A stretch of DNA of 64,000 nucleotides from Candidatus Aminicenantes bacterium (GCA_963729855.1 CAVSPT010000002.1:10012-74011), one strand, 5' to 3'; positions 37,207-48,898 are shown, counted from the first letter of the stretch. Notes: a model not told the origin generated them from the letters alone. A program made the numbers and translations.

Positions 37207-38297
37207 TGAAAACGAGACGCATCTTCATCAGCGGCGGAGGGACGGGCGGACACATCTACCCCGCCCTCGTCCTCGGCCGGACGCTCCGGCAGGCCGATCC
37301 CGGCCTGGAGATCGTCTTCATCGGCTCGCGCCGGGCCGCCGAACAGCGTATCCTGGCCGCCCAGAACGTCCGCTCGATCTCCATGTCCATCGAAGGCCTC
37401 AAAGGGCGCGGCCTGAAGAGTCTCCGCGGCCTGGTCCTTCTGCCAGGGGCCTTCCTCAAATCCCTGTCGCTCCTCGTCCGGCTCAAGCCGGACCTGGTCG
37501 TGGGCGTCGGCGGCTACAGCTCCGGCCCGGTCGTTCTGACCGCCGCTTGGCTGGGGACGCCGACCCTGATCATGGAACAGAACGTCCGGCCGGGCTTCAC
37601 CAACCGGATGTTGGCCCGCTGGGTCAAGCGGGCCGTGGTCGTTTTCGACGAAAGCCTGCCTTTCTTCCGGGGCAAGGGCATCCGCTTGGGCAATCCGGTT
37701 CGGGACGAATTCGCCGCCCTGCCTCCCCGCCGGCCCGGCCCGGTTCTCCGGGTCCTCGTCTTCGGAGGAAGCCAGGGATCGCACATCCTCAACCAGGGCC
37801 TGACGGCCGCCCTTCCGGCCCTCTCCGCGGTCAAGGACCATCTGGCTTTCGTCCACCAGACCGGCCCCGACGATCTCCATCCGGTCCGCCGCGCCTACGC
37901 CGAGGCGGGATTCGCCGGCGCGGTGATCGAGTCTTATTTCGACGACATGCCGGCCCGCTTCGGCTGGGCCGATCTCGTCATCTCCCGGGCGGGGGCCACA
38001 ACCTGCGCCGAACTCATCGCCGCCGGCCGGGCCTCGATCCTCGTCCCCTTCGCCGGAGCGGCCGAGGGACACCAGGCCGGGAACGCCGCGGCCCTGGCCA
38101 AAGCGGGCGGGGCCGAGGTTCTGGACGAGGCCGATTTCATGTCCTCCAGCCTGTCCGGAGCGATCCGGAAGCTTCTGGACGATCCCGGGCGCCTGAAAGC
38201 CATGGAAAAGGCCCTTCAGCCCTTGAAAACGCCGGCCGCCGCCGTCCGAATAGCCGCCCTTTGCCTGTCACTGATGAAGGGCGGAAGAGAGGAGTGA
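37206..38297 (+). CDS. murG: UDP-GlcNAc--lipid I GlcNAc transferase
   Basis: 363 aa from ATG 37206 (ATGA overlap with ftsW); GGGTGGHIYPAL signature. Confidence 0.9.
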   Translation: MKTRRIFISGGGTGGHIYPALVLGRTLRQADPGLEIVFIGSRRAAEQRILAAQNVRSISMSIEGLKGRGLKSLRGLVLLPGAFLKSLSLLVRLKPDLVVGVGGYSSGPVVLTAAWLGTPTLIMEQNVRPGFTNRMLARWVKRAVVVFDESLPFFRGKGIRLGNPVRDEFAALPPRRPGPVLRVLVFGGSQGSHILNQGLTAALPALSAVKDHLAFVHQTGPDDLHPVRRAYAEAGFAGAVIESYFDDMPARFGWADLVISRAGATTCAELIAAGRASILVPFAGAAEGHQAGNAAALAKAGGAEVLDEADFMSSSLSGAIRKLLDDPGRLKAMEKALQPLKTPAAAVRIAALCLSLMKGGREE

Positions 38298-38301
38298 TCC
38301 C

Positions 38302-39690
38302 ATGGTCAAGACCACGTACCGCAAGCTCAAGCACATCCACATGATCGGGATCGGCGGTACGGGCATGAACGGCATCGCTGAAGTGCTCATCAACCTCGGC
38401 TATAAGGTCACCGGCTCGGACGCAGGCGCGAATGAGGCCACCGCCCGCCTGATCCGATTGGGGGCCAAGGTGGCCCTCGGCCACCAGGACGAGAACGTCC
38501 GCGGCGCCGACGTGGTCGTCACGTCCACGGCCATCCGTGAGGAGAACGTCGAGGTCCAGGAGGCCCACCGGCTGAAGATCCCCATCATTCCCCGGGCGGA
38601 GATGCTGGCCGAACTCATGCGCATGAAGATGGGCATCGCCATCGCCGGTTCGCACGGCAAGACGACGACAACCTCGATGATCGGAGTGCTCCTGGACAAA
38701 GCCGGGTTCGATCCGACCATCGTCGTGGGCGGCCGGCTCAATACGATCGGGGCCAACGCCAAGCTGGGCGCCGGCGACTTCTTCGTCGCCGAGGCCGACG
38801 AGAGCGACCGGTCCTTCCTCCTGCTTTCGCCCTTCATCGCCGTCCTGACCAACATCGACGCCGAACATCTCGACCAGTACAAGGGCGTCGAGGACATCCA
38901 GAAGGATTTCGTCACCTTCGCCAACAAAGTCCCCTTCTATTGCCCGATCGTCCTTTGTCTCGACGATCCCCAGCTGCAAGGGATCATCCCCCGGCTCGAG
39001 CGGCGCCTCATCACCTACGGCTTCTCCGCCCAGTCCGACATCTACGCCCGCGACCTGGGCTTCTCTCAATTCACCAGCCGGTCGACGCTCCATTACAAGG
39101 GCCGGACGCTGGGTCAGCTCAAACTCAACGTCCCCGGCCAGCACATGGTTTCCAACGCCATGGCCGCCGTGGCCGTCGGCCTGGACCTGGACATCCCGCC
39201 CGCCCTGATCCTGAAGGCCCTGGAAAGCTATACCGGGACGGGGCGCCGCTTCGAGCTCAAGGGCGAACCCGGCGGGATCATGGTCGTCGAGGACTACGGC
39301 CACCATCCGACCGAGATCAAGGCCACCCTGGACGGGGCCAAGCGCGGCTGGGAGCGCCGCCTCGTGGCCGTCTTCCAGCCCCACCGCTACACCCGGACCT
39401 TCCACCTCATCAACGACTTCGCCCGGTCGTTCAACCAAGCCGACGTCCTCGTCCTGACCGAGATCTATCCGGCCGGCGAAACGCCGATTCCCGGCGTCAG
39501 CGGCAAGGCCCTCTACGACGAAGTGGTCCGCTACGGCCACAAGGACGTCCATTTCGAACCCGATCCGGCGGCCATTCCGGCCCGGCTGGAAAAAATAGTT
39601 CGGCCCGGCGACATCGTCATCGTCCTGGGCGCGGGGACCATCAACCGGATCATTCCCGAGGTTCTCCGCAGGCTGGAGGCCCGCCCATGA
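38302..39690 (+). CDS. murC: UDP-MurNAc--L-Ala ligase
   Basis: 462 aa; IGIGGTGMNGIA and GSHGKTTTTSM motifs. Confidence 0.9.
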   Translation: MVKTTYRKLKHIHMIGIGGTGMNGIAEVLINLGYKVTGSDAGANEATARLIRLGAKVALGHQDENVRGADVVVTSTAIREENVEVQEAHRLKIPIIPRAEMLAELMRMKMGIAIAGSHGKTTTTSMIGVLLDKAGFDPTIVVGGRLNTIGANAKLGAGDFFVAEADESDRSFLLLSPFIAVLTNIDAEHLDQYKGVEDIQKDFVTFANKVPFYCPIVLCLDDPQLQGIIPRLERRLITYGFSAQSDIYARDLGFSQFTSRSTLHYKGRTLGQLKLNVPGQHMVSNAMAAVAVGLDLDIPPALILKALESYTGTGRRFELKGEPGGIMVVEDYGHHPTEIKATLDGAKRGWERRLVAVFQPHRYTRTFHLINDFARSFNQADVLVLTEIYPAGETPIPGVSGKALYDEVVRYGHKDVHFEPDPAAIPARLEKIVRPGDIVIVLGAGTINRIIPEVLRRLEARP

Positions 39691-40541
39691 CCCGCCAACA
39701 AAGCCCGGCTTCCGTCCGTTTCCAGCGCGGCGACGTGCGTGTCCGGGTCAAAAAGCCCGTCCGCAAGTTCCCCCTGCGCGCCCGTCACATCCTCTTGCTC
39801 CTGGGCGGATCGGCGCTCTTCTTCTTCGCCGCTTTCGAGCTTTACTCCTTCGTCATCACCTGGCCGAAATTCGATGTCTCCAACGTCCTGGTGGCCTGCT
39901 CCGATCCCTCCGTCCGTTCCATGGTCCAGGAGACGGCGGGGGCCGCCCGCTGGGGCAATATCCTGCTCCTCGACCTGGACAGGGCCCGCCGCGACCTCGA
40001 ATCCAATCCCTGGGTCAAGGAAGCCCGGACCCGAAAGGTCTTCCCCGCCGGCCTGGCCATCGAAGTCGTCCCCCGCCGTCCGGCCGCCCTCCTCGATAAG
40101 GAGAGCCTGTTCCTCATCGACGAGGAGGGCGCCGTCATCGAACAGGCCGGGCGGACCGATCTGCCCAATCTGCCGGTCTTCACGGACGCCGGACGCTTCG
40201 TGCTCGATTACGGCCCCAAGATCAGGCAGGCCTTCGCCTGCCTCAACGACCTGCCCGCGACCGTCCGGGAGCGCATCGACGCCCTCGATCTCAGCGACCC
40301 CTCCGATGTCGTCCTGCGCTTCCGCGGCAGCCGGACCCGGCTCTTCCTGGGCGACGGCTCGTTCGCCGCCCGGGTGGCCGATTATCTCGAGCGCGAGCAG
40401 GCCTGGGAGCGCGAGGCGGGCGAATTGGACTACGTCATCCTCTGGCATGAGGACCGCATCGTCTACCGGCCGTTCGCCCCCGCGCCCGCCGCCCCGGCCC
40501 CCACGGCAGGCGGGACGAAGCCTTCGAAGGAGACGCACTAA
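39687..40541 (+). CDS. ftsQ: Cell division protein FtsQ/DivIB
   Basis: 284 aa from ATG 39687 overlapping murC stop; N-terminal TM, POTRA-like region; directly follows murC (no murB/ddl between). Confidence 0.8.
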   Translation: MTRQQSPASVRFQRGDVRVRVKKPVRKFPLRARHILLLLGGSALFFFAAFELYSFVITWPKFDVSNVLVACSDPSVRSMVQETAGAARWGNILLLDLDRARRDLESNPWVKEARTRKVFPAGLAIEVVPRRPAALLDKESLFLIDEEGAVIEQAGRTDLPNLPVFTDAGRFVLDYGPKIRQAFACLNDLPATVRERIDALDLSDPSDVVLRFRGSRTRLFLGDGSFAARVADYLEREQAWEREAGELDYVILWHEDRIVYRPFAPAPAAPAPTAGGTKPSKETH

Positions 40542-41761
40542 TGCCCAAGAACGGACACATCGTCGGCATCGACATCGGCACCAAAAAGGTGACCGTCCTC
40601 ATCGGCGCCGTCACCGACGAGCGCAAGATCGAGGTCATCGGCATCGGAACGGCCGATTCCCAGGGCCTGCGCAAAGGCGTCGTGGTCAATCTCGACGCCA
40701 CCTCGGAGGCCATCCGCAAGGCCCAGGAGGAGGCCGAACTCATGGCCGGCGTCAAGATCAACGCCGCCTTCATCGGCATCTCCGGGGCCCACATCAAGAG
40801 CTTCAACAGCAGGGGCGTCGTCGCCGTGTCGGGCAAGAACCGGGTCATCTCGCGGGACGACATCCGCCGGGCCATCGAGCAGTCCAAGGCCGTCAGCATC
40901 CCCCCCGACCGCGAGATCCTCCACGTCATCCCCCAGGAATACGTCGTCGACGAGCAGGACGGCATCAAGGACCCGCTGGGCATGAACGGAATCAAGCTGG
41001 AGGTCAACGTCCACATCGTCACCGGGGCCATCATGCTCATCCAGAACCTCCGCACCTGCGTCGAGCGGGCCGGCATCCAGATCGAGAAGATCGTCCTCAA
41101 CCAGATCGCCACGTCCGAGGCCGTCCTGACCCACGACGAGATGGAGCTCGGCGTCGGGCTCATCGACATCGGGGCGGGGACCACGGAAGTGGCCATCTTC
41201 GAGCGCGGCAGCCTGTGGTACACGTCGATCATCCCCCTGGGCGGGGACAATTTCACCAACGACATCGCCGTCGGCCTGCGCACGGCCATCCCCGACGCCG
41301 AGAAGATCAAGAAGAAATTCGGCTGCGTCATCGCCCCGGCCGGGGACGAGCAGGAGACGGTCGAAGTGCCGTCCGTCAGCGGCCGCAAGTCTCGGGTGCT
41401 CTCCCGCCAGCTCCTGGCCGAGATCATCCAGCCCCGGGCGGAGGAGATCTTCCGCCTCGTCGACACCGACATCAAGCGGATGGGCTACGAAAAATCGCTC
41501 AACTCGGGGCTGGTGCTGACCGGCGGCACGGCCCTGCTGGAAGGGCTGGAGGAAGTGGCCGAGGAGATCTTCGATCTGCCCGTGCGGCGCGGCGAGCCGT
41601 CCGGCCTGGGCGGGCTCATGGACCGCGTCCGGACGCCCGATTACTCGACCGCCGTCGGCTTGCTCCGCTTCGGGCGCGAGGTCCTGCGGGACCTCGGGCC
41701 GAGCAAGGACCGCAAGCGGGGCCTGTTCGGCAGGCTCAAGGACGTGTTCAGAGAGGAATAG
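40541..41761 (+). CDS. ftsA: Cell division protein FtsA
   Basis: 406 aa actin-like ATPase, IVGIDIGT N-terminus. Confidence 0.9.
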   Translation: MPKNGHIVGIDIGTKKVTVLIGAVTDERKIEVIGIGTADSQGLRKGVVVNLDATSEAIRKAQEEAELMAGVKINAAFIGISGAHIKSFNSRGVVAVSGKNRVISRDDIRRAIEQSKAVSIPPDREILHVIPQEYVVDEQDGIKDPLGMNGIKLEVNVHIVTGAIMLIQNLRTCVERAGIQIEKIVLNQIATSEAVLTHDEMELGVGLIDIGAGTTEVAIFERGSLWYTSIIPLGGDNFTNDIAVGLRTAIPDAEKIKKKFGCVIAPAGDEQETVEVPSVSGRKSRVLSRQLLAEIIQPRAEEIFRLVDTDIKRMGYEKSLNSGLVLTGGTALLEGLEEVAEEIFDLPVRRGEPSGLGGLMDRVRTPDYSTAVGLLRFGREVLRDLGPSKDRKRGLFGRLKDVFREE

Positions 41762-41769
41762 GAGGGATC

Positions 41770-43071
41770 ATGAAAGATGATTCACTCGGTAAAATGCGCT
41801 TCCATCTCGTCGAGGAGACGCTCGGCGCCAAGATCCGCGTCATCGGCATCGGCGGAGGCGGCGGCAACGCCTTGAACCGCATGATCGCCGCGGGGATCGA
41901 CGGCGTCGACTTCATCGCCGTCAATACCGACATGCAGGCCCTCAACGGGAGCAAGGCCCCGACACGCATCCAGATCGGCAACCAGTCGACCCGCGGCCTG
42001 GGCTCGGGCGGAAAACCCGAGGTCGGCAAACAGGCGGCCATGGAGGACACCGAAAAGCTCATCGAGATCCTCGAGGGCTCGGACATGGTCTTCCTGACCG
42101 CCGGGCTGGGCGGGGGCACGGGAACGGGGGCCACCCCCATCCTGGCCAACCTGGCCGCCGAGCTCGACATCCTGGCCATCGCCATCTGCACCCTGCCCTT
42201 CGATTTCGAGGGCCGGATGCGGGCCAAGCAGGCCGAGGAAGGGCTCAACGAGCTCCGCTCCGCCGTCGACACGGTCATCGCCATACCCAACGAGCGGCTC
42301 CTCCAAACGGTGGCCCAGGGCACCTATGTCGAGGACGGGTTCAAGGTCGCCGATGACGTCCTGCGCCAGGCGGTCCAGGGCGTCTCGGACCTGATCACCA
42401 AGCCCGGCCTCATCAACCTCGATTTCGCCGACGTGAAGTCGATCATGAAGGGCATGGGCATGGCCTACATGGGCATGGGCATCGCCTCGGGCGAGAACCG
42501 GGCGGCCGAGGCGGCCAACAAGGCCATCTGCAGCCCCCTGCTCATCGACACCTCGATCGAGGGCGCCCGCGGCGTCCTGATCAACATCACCGGAGGCAAG
42601 GACCTGACCCTGCACGAAGTCTCCAAGGCCAGCCAGCTCGTCCACAAGCTGGCTCACCCCGAGGCCAACATCATCTTCGGCACGGTCGTCGATCCGGCCA
42701 TGAAGGACGAGGTCAAGGTCACCGTCATCGCCACCGGATTCGATCGGGGCGCGGCCAAGTCCGTCGACGAAATCGACGAAATCGTCGAGGGCAGCCGGGC
42801 CCGTCCGACCCGGCCGTTCGGCAAGACGCCTCCGCCGGTCCCGGTGCGGCCGGACACCCCGCCCTTCGAATTCGAACCCCGGGGCCAGGGGGCTCGTCCG
42901 ACGCCGCGGACGCCTCTCCGTCCGGCGGCGGCCGCGGAGATGTCGCCCGAGCCGAAGCCGGCCCGCCTGTCTCCCCTCCACCAGCCCATCTGGGAGCAGC
43001 AGTGGGAGGAATACGAGAAGCCTTCCTATATCCGGCTCAAGCACAACCAGCTGCGCAAATATCCGTCATGA
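41770..43071 (+). CDS. ftsZ: Cell division GTPase FtsZ
   Basis: 433 aa from ATG 41770; GIGGGGGNA tubulin signature, T7 loop, Pro-rich linker and conserved C-terminal peptide. Confidence 0.95.
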   Translation: MKDDSLGKMRFHLVEETLGAKIRVIGIGGGGGNALNRMIAAGIDGVDFIAVNTDMQALNGSKAPTRIQIGNQSTRGLGSGGKPEVGKQAAMEDTEKLIEILEGSDMVFLTAGLGGGTGTGATPILANLAAELDILAIAICTLPFDFEGRMRAKQAEEGLNELRSAVDTVIAIPNERLLQTVAQGTYVEDGFKVADDVLRQAVQGVSDLITKPGLINLDFADVKSIMKGMGMAYMGMGIASGENRAAEAANKAICSPLLIDTSIEGARGVLINITGGKDLTLHEVSKASQLVHKLAHPEANIIFGTVVDPAMKDEVKVTVIATGFDRGAAKSVDEIDEIVEGSRARPTRPFGKTPPPVPVRPDTPPFEFEPRGQGARPTPRTPLRPAAAAEMSPEPKPARLSPLHQPIWEQQWEEYEKPSYIRLKHNQLRKYPS

Positions 43072-44372
43072 TCCAGGCCGACAGCGTCGTCACCGGGTGC
43101 CGCCAGGTCCTGACCTGCGCCGGGCCCATCCCCAAGCGCGGGGCCGCGCTCCGCGATGTCGGCCTGATGGAGAACGCGGCCATCGCCGGGCGGGACGGGA
43201 AAATCGTCTTCGTCGGTCCCGAGGAGGAGCTCCATCGGATCGTCCGCATCGGACCGCACGCCGCCCGCCTGGACGCCTCCGGTCTGGTGGCCCTGCCCGG
43301 GTTCGTCGACGCCCACACCCATCTGCCCTTCGGCGGGACCCGTGAGGAGGAATTCGCCCTGCGCATCCAAGGCTGGACCTACCAGCAGCTGGCGGCCAAG
43401 GGCATGGGCATCCGTTCCACCGTCCGCAAGACGCGCCAGATCTCCCTGGCCGATTTGGAATCCCTCTGCCTGGAGCGGCTGGACAGCATGCTCCGCCACG
43501 GGACGACGACGGCCGAAGCCAAGAGCGGCTACGGCCTGAACCTGGAGGATGAAATCAAGCAGCTGGAGGCCCTGCGCCGGGCCGGCCAGGCCCATCCGAT
43601 CGACGTCGTGCCCACCTTCATGGGCGCCCACGAGGTCCCCGACGAATACCGGGGCCGGAAGGAGGACTACATTGACCTTCTCATTCACACGGTCCTGCCT
43701 CAGGTTCGAGAACGCGGCCTGGCCCGTTTCTTCGACGTGTTCTGCGAAGAGGGCGTGTTTTCTGTGGACGAGACAGAAAGGCTGGCTGCGGCGGCCGCAG
43801 CGGCCGGACTGGGGATCAAGATCCACGCCGACGAATTCGTCCCCCTCGGCGGCGCGGAGCTGGCCGCGCGCATCGGAGCGGTCTCCGCGGAACACCTCAT
43901 CGCGGTGACGGAGGCCGGCATCGCCGCCCTGGCTCGAAGCGACACGGCCGCCATTCTCCTGCCGGGCGTTCCCTTCTTCCTCATGCAGGACAAGAAGGCC
44001 CCGGCCCGCAGGCTCATCGAGGCGGGCGCGGTCACAGCCCTGGCCTCGGACTTCAACCCGGGCAGCTCGATGACCGAGAACATGCTCTGGATCCTCCAGC
44101 TCGGCGTGTTTCTCCTGCGGCTGACCATCGAGGAGGCGATCAACGCCGTCACGGCCAACGCGGCCTACGCCATCCGCGCCCAGGCCGAGGCCGGAAGCCT
44201 CGAGCCCGGAAAGAACATGGACGTCGTCCTCTTCGACATCCCGAATTATTATTTCCTAGCCTATCATCCGGGCGTCAACCCGGTCCGCCACGTATTGAAG
44301 AAAGGTCGCCTGGCCATCAGGGACGGGCACCCCGTTTATGACGTCGGCGGCCGGATGGTCCATTCCTCATAG
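43068..44372 (+). CDS. hutI: Imidazolonepropionase-like amidohydrolase
   Basis: ATG 43068 overlaps ftsZ stop; [36 protein letters not shown] match HutI metal-ligand motifs. Confidence 0.7.
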   Translation: MIQADSVVTGCRQVLTCAGPIPKRGAALRDVGLMENAAIAGRDGKIVFVGPEEELHRIVRIGPHAARLDASGLVALPGFVDAHTHLPFGGTREEEFALRIQGWTYQQLAAKGMGIRSTVRKTRQISLADLESLCLERLDSMLRHGTTTAEAKSGYGLNLEDEIKQLEALRRAGQAHPIDVVPTFMGAHEVPDEYRGRKEDYIDLLIHTVLPQVRERGLARFFDVFCEEGVFSVDETERLAAAAAAAGLGIKIHADEFVPLGGAELAARIGAVSAEHLIAVTEAGIAALARSDTAAILLPGVPFFLMQDKKAPARRLIEAGAVTALASDFNPGSSMTENMLWILQLGVFLLRLTIEEAINAVTANAAYAIRAQAEAGSLEPGKNMDVVLFDIPNYYFLAYHPGVNPVRHVLKKGRLAIRDGHPVYDVGGRMVHSS

Positions 44373-44400
44373 CCCCATTTCCTATTCCCCATTTCTTCAA

Positions 44401-44433
44401 GGCCGCCCCTTTCGGGGGGCGGCCCCTTTTTTT
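44401..44433 (+). terminator. Rho-independent terminator
   Basis: GC stem ggccgcccc/ggggcggcc with tttc loop followed by 7 T (44427-44433) right after the hutI stop. Confidence 0.7.
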
Positions 44434-44852
44434 CAGGGTTCGATGAGGTTGAGGCCCGAATCCGGGTCTTTTCGCCGGGGCAGCCCGCCGGCCAGCGGCG
44501 TGATGACGATCTCGGCCGTGGCCTTGATCTCGGCCTCGTGGAGATGGCCGGAAAAGGAGCGGCACTCCGCGTCGGCCAGCGTGGCGTGGAGATGGACGTG
44601 CGGCCGGCCGTCCTGGACGCTGACGTTGCCGACGAGGGCGGCGATTTCAAAGTGCCCGTCGAACTTCCGCGGGCGATGGGTCTTGGTTTCCCAGTCCAGC
44701 GAGCCCAGCTCGGCCTCGACGCACGTTCCGACGCCGGTGATCGAGGCGGCCCCGATTTCCTCACGGAGGCACAGCGCGGTCAGGGTTTCGACGATGCGCT
44801 CGCCCAAGTCCAGGCGGACGATATATGCGTCGCCGGCTTTGCGGAATCGCAT
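44433..44852 (-). CDS. PPC (DUF296) domain DNA-binding protein
   Basis: 139 aa matching the plants-and-prokaryotes-conserved PPC fold pattern (..GEDI...I....G.I.S..G..). Confidence 0.55.
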   Translation of the reverse strand: MRFRKAGDAYIVRLDLGERIVETLTALCLREEIGAASITGVGTCVEAELGSLDWETKTHRPRKFDGHFEIAALVGNVSVQDGRPHVHLHATLADAECRSFSGHLHEAEIKATAEIVITPLAGGLPRRKDPDSGLNLIEP

Positions 44853-44858
44853 GGCCGG

Positions 44859-46211
44859 TCAGGCCGACGGACCGGGCTCCGCACCCGTCCTCTTCCCGCG
44901 CACCTTCCAGAACCAGTAGAACGGCAGCCCGGCAAGGATGATGGCCAGGCCGATCATCGAGTTTTTGAACTGGTTGATGAGCGAGTTGACGGTGACGAAG
45001 AGGGCCGCGGCGATGAAAATGACCGGGGTGACGGGGTAACCCCAGGTCCTGTACGGCCGGGGCATGTCGGGGCGCTTCTTGCGCAGGATGAAGACGGCCG
45101 AGACGGTCAGGCCGAAGAAGATCCACTGGCCGAAGACGACATAGGCCAGAAGCTGTTCGAACGTCCCCGACACGCTGAGCAGGAGCGACCAGACGCCGAT
45201 GGCGATGATGGCGACGTGGGGCGTCCTGTACTTCGGATGGACGGCGGCCAGCGGCTTGAAGAAGGCCCCGTCTTTGGCCATGGCATAGAACACGCGCGGC
45301 GAGCAGAGCACGTTGGAGTTGGCCGCGCCCATGATGGAGAACAGGATGACGAAGGACACGATCGAGGCGGCGATCGGGCCGACGGCCGCGCTCATGGCGT
45401 CGGCGGCGATGCGGGTCGATACCGCGATCTGCCCGGCCGGGAGGACGTAGAGATAAGCCAGATTGGCCAGAATGTACAGCAGAATGACGGCGGCCATGCC
45501 GATGAAAAGGCCCAGGGGCAGGTTTTTCTGGGGATTCTTCGTCTCGCCCGCGCTGTACGTGGTCGACTCCCAGCCCTTGTAGGCCCAGAAAACGGCCACC
45601 AGGGCGATGCCGAAGCTCCCCAAAAGGCCGCTCAGGCCGGCGGGCGACGGCTCGACGAAATGGGCCGGGTTGCCCTTGGCGAAAAGGAAGATCACGGCGC
45701 AGATGCCGATGAGGGCGGTGAATTTGATGATCGTCAGGACGTTCTGCAGGTTGGCCCCGGCCCGCGCCCCCAGGTAATTGACGGTCGTCAGGAAAAGGAT
45801 GAAGAGGACGCAGACGGCCTTCTGGGCCAGGGGTGTCAGGGCCATGAAATGGGTCAGATATTTGGACGTGAAGGCCACGGTCAGCGTGGCGATGGCCCCC
45901 GAATCGATGACCAGGAAAAGCGTCCAGCCGAAGAGAAACGAGAGCAGCGGGCCGAAGGCCTCGCGCAAATAGACGTAGGACCCGCCGGCCTCGGGCATGG
46001 CCGCCCCCAGCTCGGCGAAGGATACGGCGCCGAAGAAGCTCAGCATCCCGCCGACGACCCAGACGGCCAGGATAAGGAGCGGCGCCTTGACGCCGGCGGC
46101 GATGCCGGCGGGGACGAGGAAGATCCCGGACCCGATGACGCCGCCGATGACGATCCCGACGACGTCCCAAAGTCCGAGCACGCGGGCGAGGTTTTGACCC
46201 TGTTTCTCCAT
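44859..46211 (-). CDS. APC-family amino acid permease
   Basis: 450 aa, ~12 TM helices, N-terminal GIVIGGVIGSGIFLVPAG consensus of amino-acid/polyamine/organocation transporters. Confidence 0.85.
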   Translation of the reverse strand: MEKQGQNLARVLGLWDVVGIVIGGVIGSGIFLVPAGIAAGVKAPLLILAVWVVGGMLSFFGAVSFAELGAAMPEAGGSYVYLREAFGPLLSFLFGWTLFLVIDSGAIATLTVAFTSKYLTHFMALTPLAQKAVCVLFILFLTTVNYLGARAGANLQNVLTIIKFTALIGICAVIFLFAKGNPAHFVEPSPAGLSGLLGSFGIALVAVFWAYKGWESTTYSAGETKNPQKNLPLGLFIGMAAVILLYILANLAYLYVLPAGQIAVSTRIAADAMSAAVGPIAASIVSFVILFSIMGAANSNVLCSPRVFYAMAKDGAFFKPLAAVHPKYRTPHVAIIAIGVWSLLLSVSGTFEQLLAYVVFGQWIFFGLTVSAVFILRKKRPDMPRPYRTWGYPVTPVIFIAAALFVTVNSLINQFKNSMIGLAIILAGLPFYWFWKVRGKRTGAEPGPSA

Positions 46212-46315
46212 GCCCGCTAGATTAGCGGAATTCAGCCCTCATTTCCACCAAAAGAAAAATGCCGTCATGACCGCCGGAAGTCTATTTTTTCCTTTATATC
46301 AATGCCCTGCGGGAC

Positions 46316-47302
46316 TCACAACTTCAATAAACGCTCCGCATTGCCATGAGCGATTTTTTCAAAGTCCGCAGGACCGACGGGAAGCCTGCCGAGAAATTCA
46401 CGGCCGCGTGCATTGGACGAATAGGGATAATCCACGGAAAAGAGAATGTGGTCGACGCCGATGACTCCAAGAGCGCAATTGAACGGCTGGATATCGAAGT
46501 ATCCGCTCGTCGTGATATAAAAATTCTCGCAAAAATATTCCATGAGCCGGCGTTTGAAAGGCCGCGGGCCGCCGTCGCCGGCCATCTCGCCAAAAACCCG
46601 GTCGGCTCGGGCCATATTGAACGGCAGGTGGTCTCCCATGTGTCCGACGACGATTTTGAGCTTGGGAAAACGATCGAAGACGCCGGAAAGCATAAGACGG
46701 AGACCATGGAGCCCGGTTTCCGCGTGCCATCCCCAGCCGGCCATGGAGAGCGCAAAACCCAGGTTGCCCGGCAAGCCGCTATAATAGGCATCCATCACCG
46801 GCCGGGGCGGAAAGCCGGGATGCACGTAGATGGGGACATCCAACGCCTGGGCGGTCTCGAAGATCGGCGTAAAACGCCGGTCGTCAAGAAAAACTCCGTT
46901 CATGGAGCCCATCACGATGGCGCCCTTGAATTTGAGCTTTTCGACGCACCGCTCGAATTCCATGGCGGCCTTTTCCGGCTCGTGAAGAGCCAGTGTGGCG
47001 AAAGCGGCAAAACGATCCGGATGATCCGAAACGGCGGCGGCCAGTTTTTCATTGGTGTCGTGCGCGAGCGCCCCGGCCGTCAGGGGATCCAGCTTGTCCA
47101 GCCCGGCCGCCGAAAGAGACAAGACCTGCACATCAATCTTGTCGGCATCCATGTCGGCGATCCGTCCTTCTCCGATATCCAACAGTTTGCGGGTCACCTC
47201 CGACATTCGATTTGGTCTTTTGTCATCGGCCTCATGGGCCTGCCCGGTTGTTTTCAAAAATTCGGGCGTCGTGATGTGTTCTTCCAAAGTGATCGTGCGC
47301 AT
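46316..47302 (-). CDS. Amidohydrolase-2 (ACMSD-like TIM-barrel metal-dependent hydrolase)
   Basis: Start at MRTITLEEH.. (ITLEEH is typical for PF04909), conserved HxH...H...D ligands; ORF-track start 47356 probably extended. Confidence 0.7.
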   Translation of the reverse strand: MRTITLEEHITTPEFLKTTGQAHEADDKRPNRMSEVTRKLLDIGEGRIADMDADKIDVQVLSLSAAGLDKLDPLTAGALAHDTNEKLAAAVSDHPDRFAAFATLALHEPEKAAMEFERCVEKLKFKGAIVMGSMNGVFLDDRRFTPIFETAQALDVPIYVHPGFPPRPVMDAYYSGLPGNLGFALSMAGWGWHAETGLHGLRLMLSGVFDRFPKLKIVVGHMGDHLPFNMARADRVFGEMAGDGGPRPFKRRLMEYFCENFYITTSGYFDIQPFNCALGVIGVDHILFSVDYPYSSNARGREFLGRLPVGPADFEKIAHGNAERLLKL

Positions 47303-47568
47303 GGGTTTATTATAATATGCGCCCTGGCCTGAACAAAGCGCGGGCGCGTTGTCCACATTGTCGGCTTATCCGGCTTTCTGCCGACGATCCATCGATCGAT
47401 CTCCGGGAGCGTCCGTGAACCGGCCGCCCGGAGCCCAAAATTCCCAACGTTATCGGGCGAAAACGCTTTTTAAGCCGCAAAGTCCGACCCTGCGGCCGAA
47501 CAAATCGACCTCAATCCCCTTCAGCCGTCTCTAAGGCTTCTCAATCCAACGATTGATCCGAGGGCTCC

Positions 47569-48117
47569 CTACCTCCCGACATATTGCGTGTGGACGTAGA
47601 CTCCGGTATGTACGTTATAGAGCAAATACCAACCGATGTGGTCCAGGTCCTCGTAAATGACGAAGTCATCTCCGCAGTCCCAGCACCAATCTTCGAAGAG
47701 GGGCCAATCCCAGGCGGCCAATTCAAAACAGAAGCCGTCCGGAAGCCAGAACCTATGAAGGTTGGCGTCAATCCGGGTGATTTGGTACCGGAACGTCGGC
47801 CCGAAATTCGCGAAGCGGCCGTTCGAAAACGGATGATCCAGGTGGAACCGGGCATCATTCGGTTGTTCGTGGCCGAACCACTGGTCGTGGTTGACATGCG
47901 GCGTGTCGTTCACATGGCCGGTGCGCAGGTGCTCCACCTGGCGCGGCACGCGAGTATCGGTCCTCGCCGGCGGCGCCGGCGGAATATGTCCCTGGTTCGC
48001 GCGCGGTCGATTATGGGACTGTTGCGCTCCCCGCTGCGCCGCGCTGGGCCGGGCCAGCAGCATAGCCAACGCTAGAACAAGGACGGATCCGAACAAGAGA
48101 GTCACTCTGTTTTTCAT
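47569..48117 (-). CDS. Secreted His/Trp-rich hypothetical protein
   Basis: 182 aa; signal peptide MKNRVTLLFGSVLVLALAMLLARPSAAQ; no recognisable family. Confidence 0.4.
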   Translation of the reverse strand: MKNRVTLLFGSVLVLALAMLLARPSAAQRGAQQSHNRPRANQGHIPPAPPARTDTRVPRQVEHLRTGHVNDTPHVNHDQWFGHEQPNDARFHLDHPFSNGRFANFGPTFRYQITRIDANLHRFWLPDGFCFELAAWDWPLFEDWCWDCGDDFVIYEDLDHIGWYLLYNVHTGVYVHTQYVGR

Positions 48118-48395
48118 GAATCGCTCCTTTCATGGCGCAAGGCCGAAAGCTTCAGTGATCGTGAGTGTTTAAGGCTGCCATTCGTATGAATTGAATATAC
48201 AAATACGGGAATAATCTGTCAAGAAAACCGGCCGCAAAACATTCCTTCAGAACCTGGGAATCGACCGCGCAAAGCCGGTCGCGGCCCGATTCCTCCCCTG
48301 ATTTTCAAGCCGGATGATCTTGGCTTCCTGGACTTCACGAAACCAACGATCTTCAAGGCCGCGGGCGGCTTCTCATAGAAGTCGGCCAGGGGGGC

Positions 48396-48898
48396 TCAAT
48401 AATAGCGGTCCATGGCCCGGTACTGGATGGCCTCGCTCAGATGGGCCGGACCAATCCTCTCCTCCCCCGCCAGGTCCGCGATCGTCCGGGCCACCTTCAA
48501 CGCGCGGTCGTAAGCCCGGGCGCTGAAACCGAGTTTGGTCACCGCCGCCTCCAACAACTTCTCCTCTTCGGCGCCGATGGGGCAGAACTTCTTCACCTCG
48601 CCCGGGCCCATCTGGGCGTTGGCGAAGATCCCCCGTCCTTTATAGCGTTCGACCTGGAGGGCCCGGGCCTCGCTCACCCGCTCGCGGACCGCCTCCGAAC
48701 CCTCTCCCTCCTGCTTGGAGACGATCTCCCGGAATTTGACCGCGGGGACCTCGGCCTGGATGTCGATTCGGTCAAGAAGGGGGCCCGAGATTTTGGAATA
48801 ATAGCGTCCTCTCTGGTGGTCGGTGCACTCGACGTCCCGTCCGCCCAGGCCTCTCAGGACGTCGGCGCAGGGTTGCGTTGCCGTACTGTCATTTAATC
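48396..48898 (-). pseudogene. comM: comM/yifB (Mg-chelatase-like AAA+ protein) 3' fragment, truncated by insertion
   Basis: Continuous minus-strand frame ...ATQPCADVLRGLGGRDVECTDHQRGRYYSKISGPLLDRIDIQAEVPAVKFREIVSKQ...KVARTIADLAGEERIGPAHLSEAIQYRAMDRYY* = YifB C-terminal domain; homology stops at ~48898, the N-terminal ~330 codons are absent. Confidence 0.75.

Noticed and set aside
39739-43071. 1110-aa ORF-track frame across ftsQ/ftsA/ftsZ
   Set aside because: Only 41770-43071 is FtsZ. The upstream part overlaps the real ftsQ and ftsA genes in other frames.
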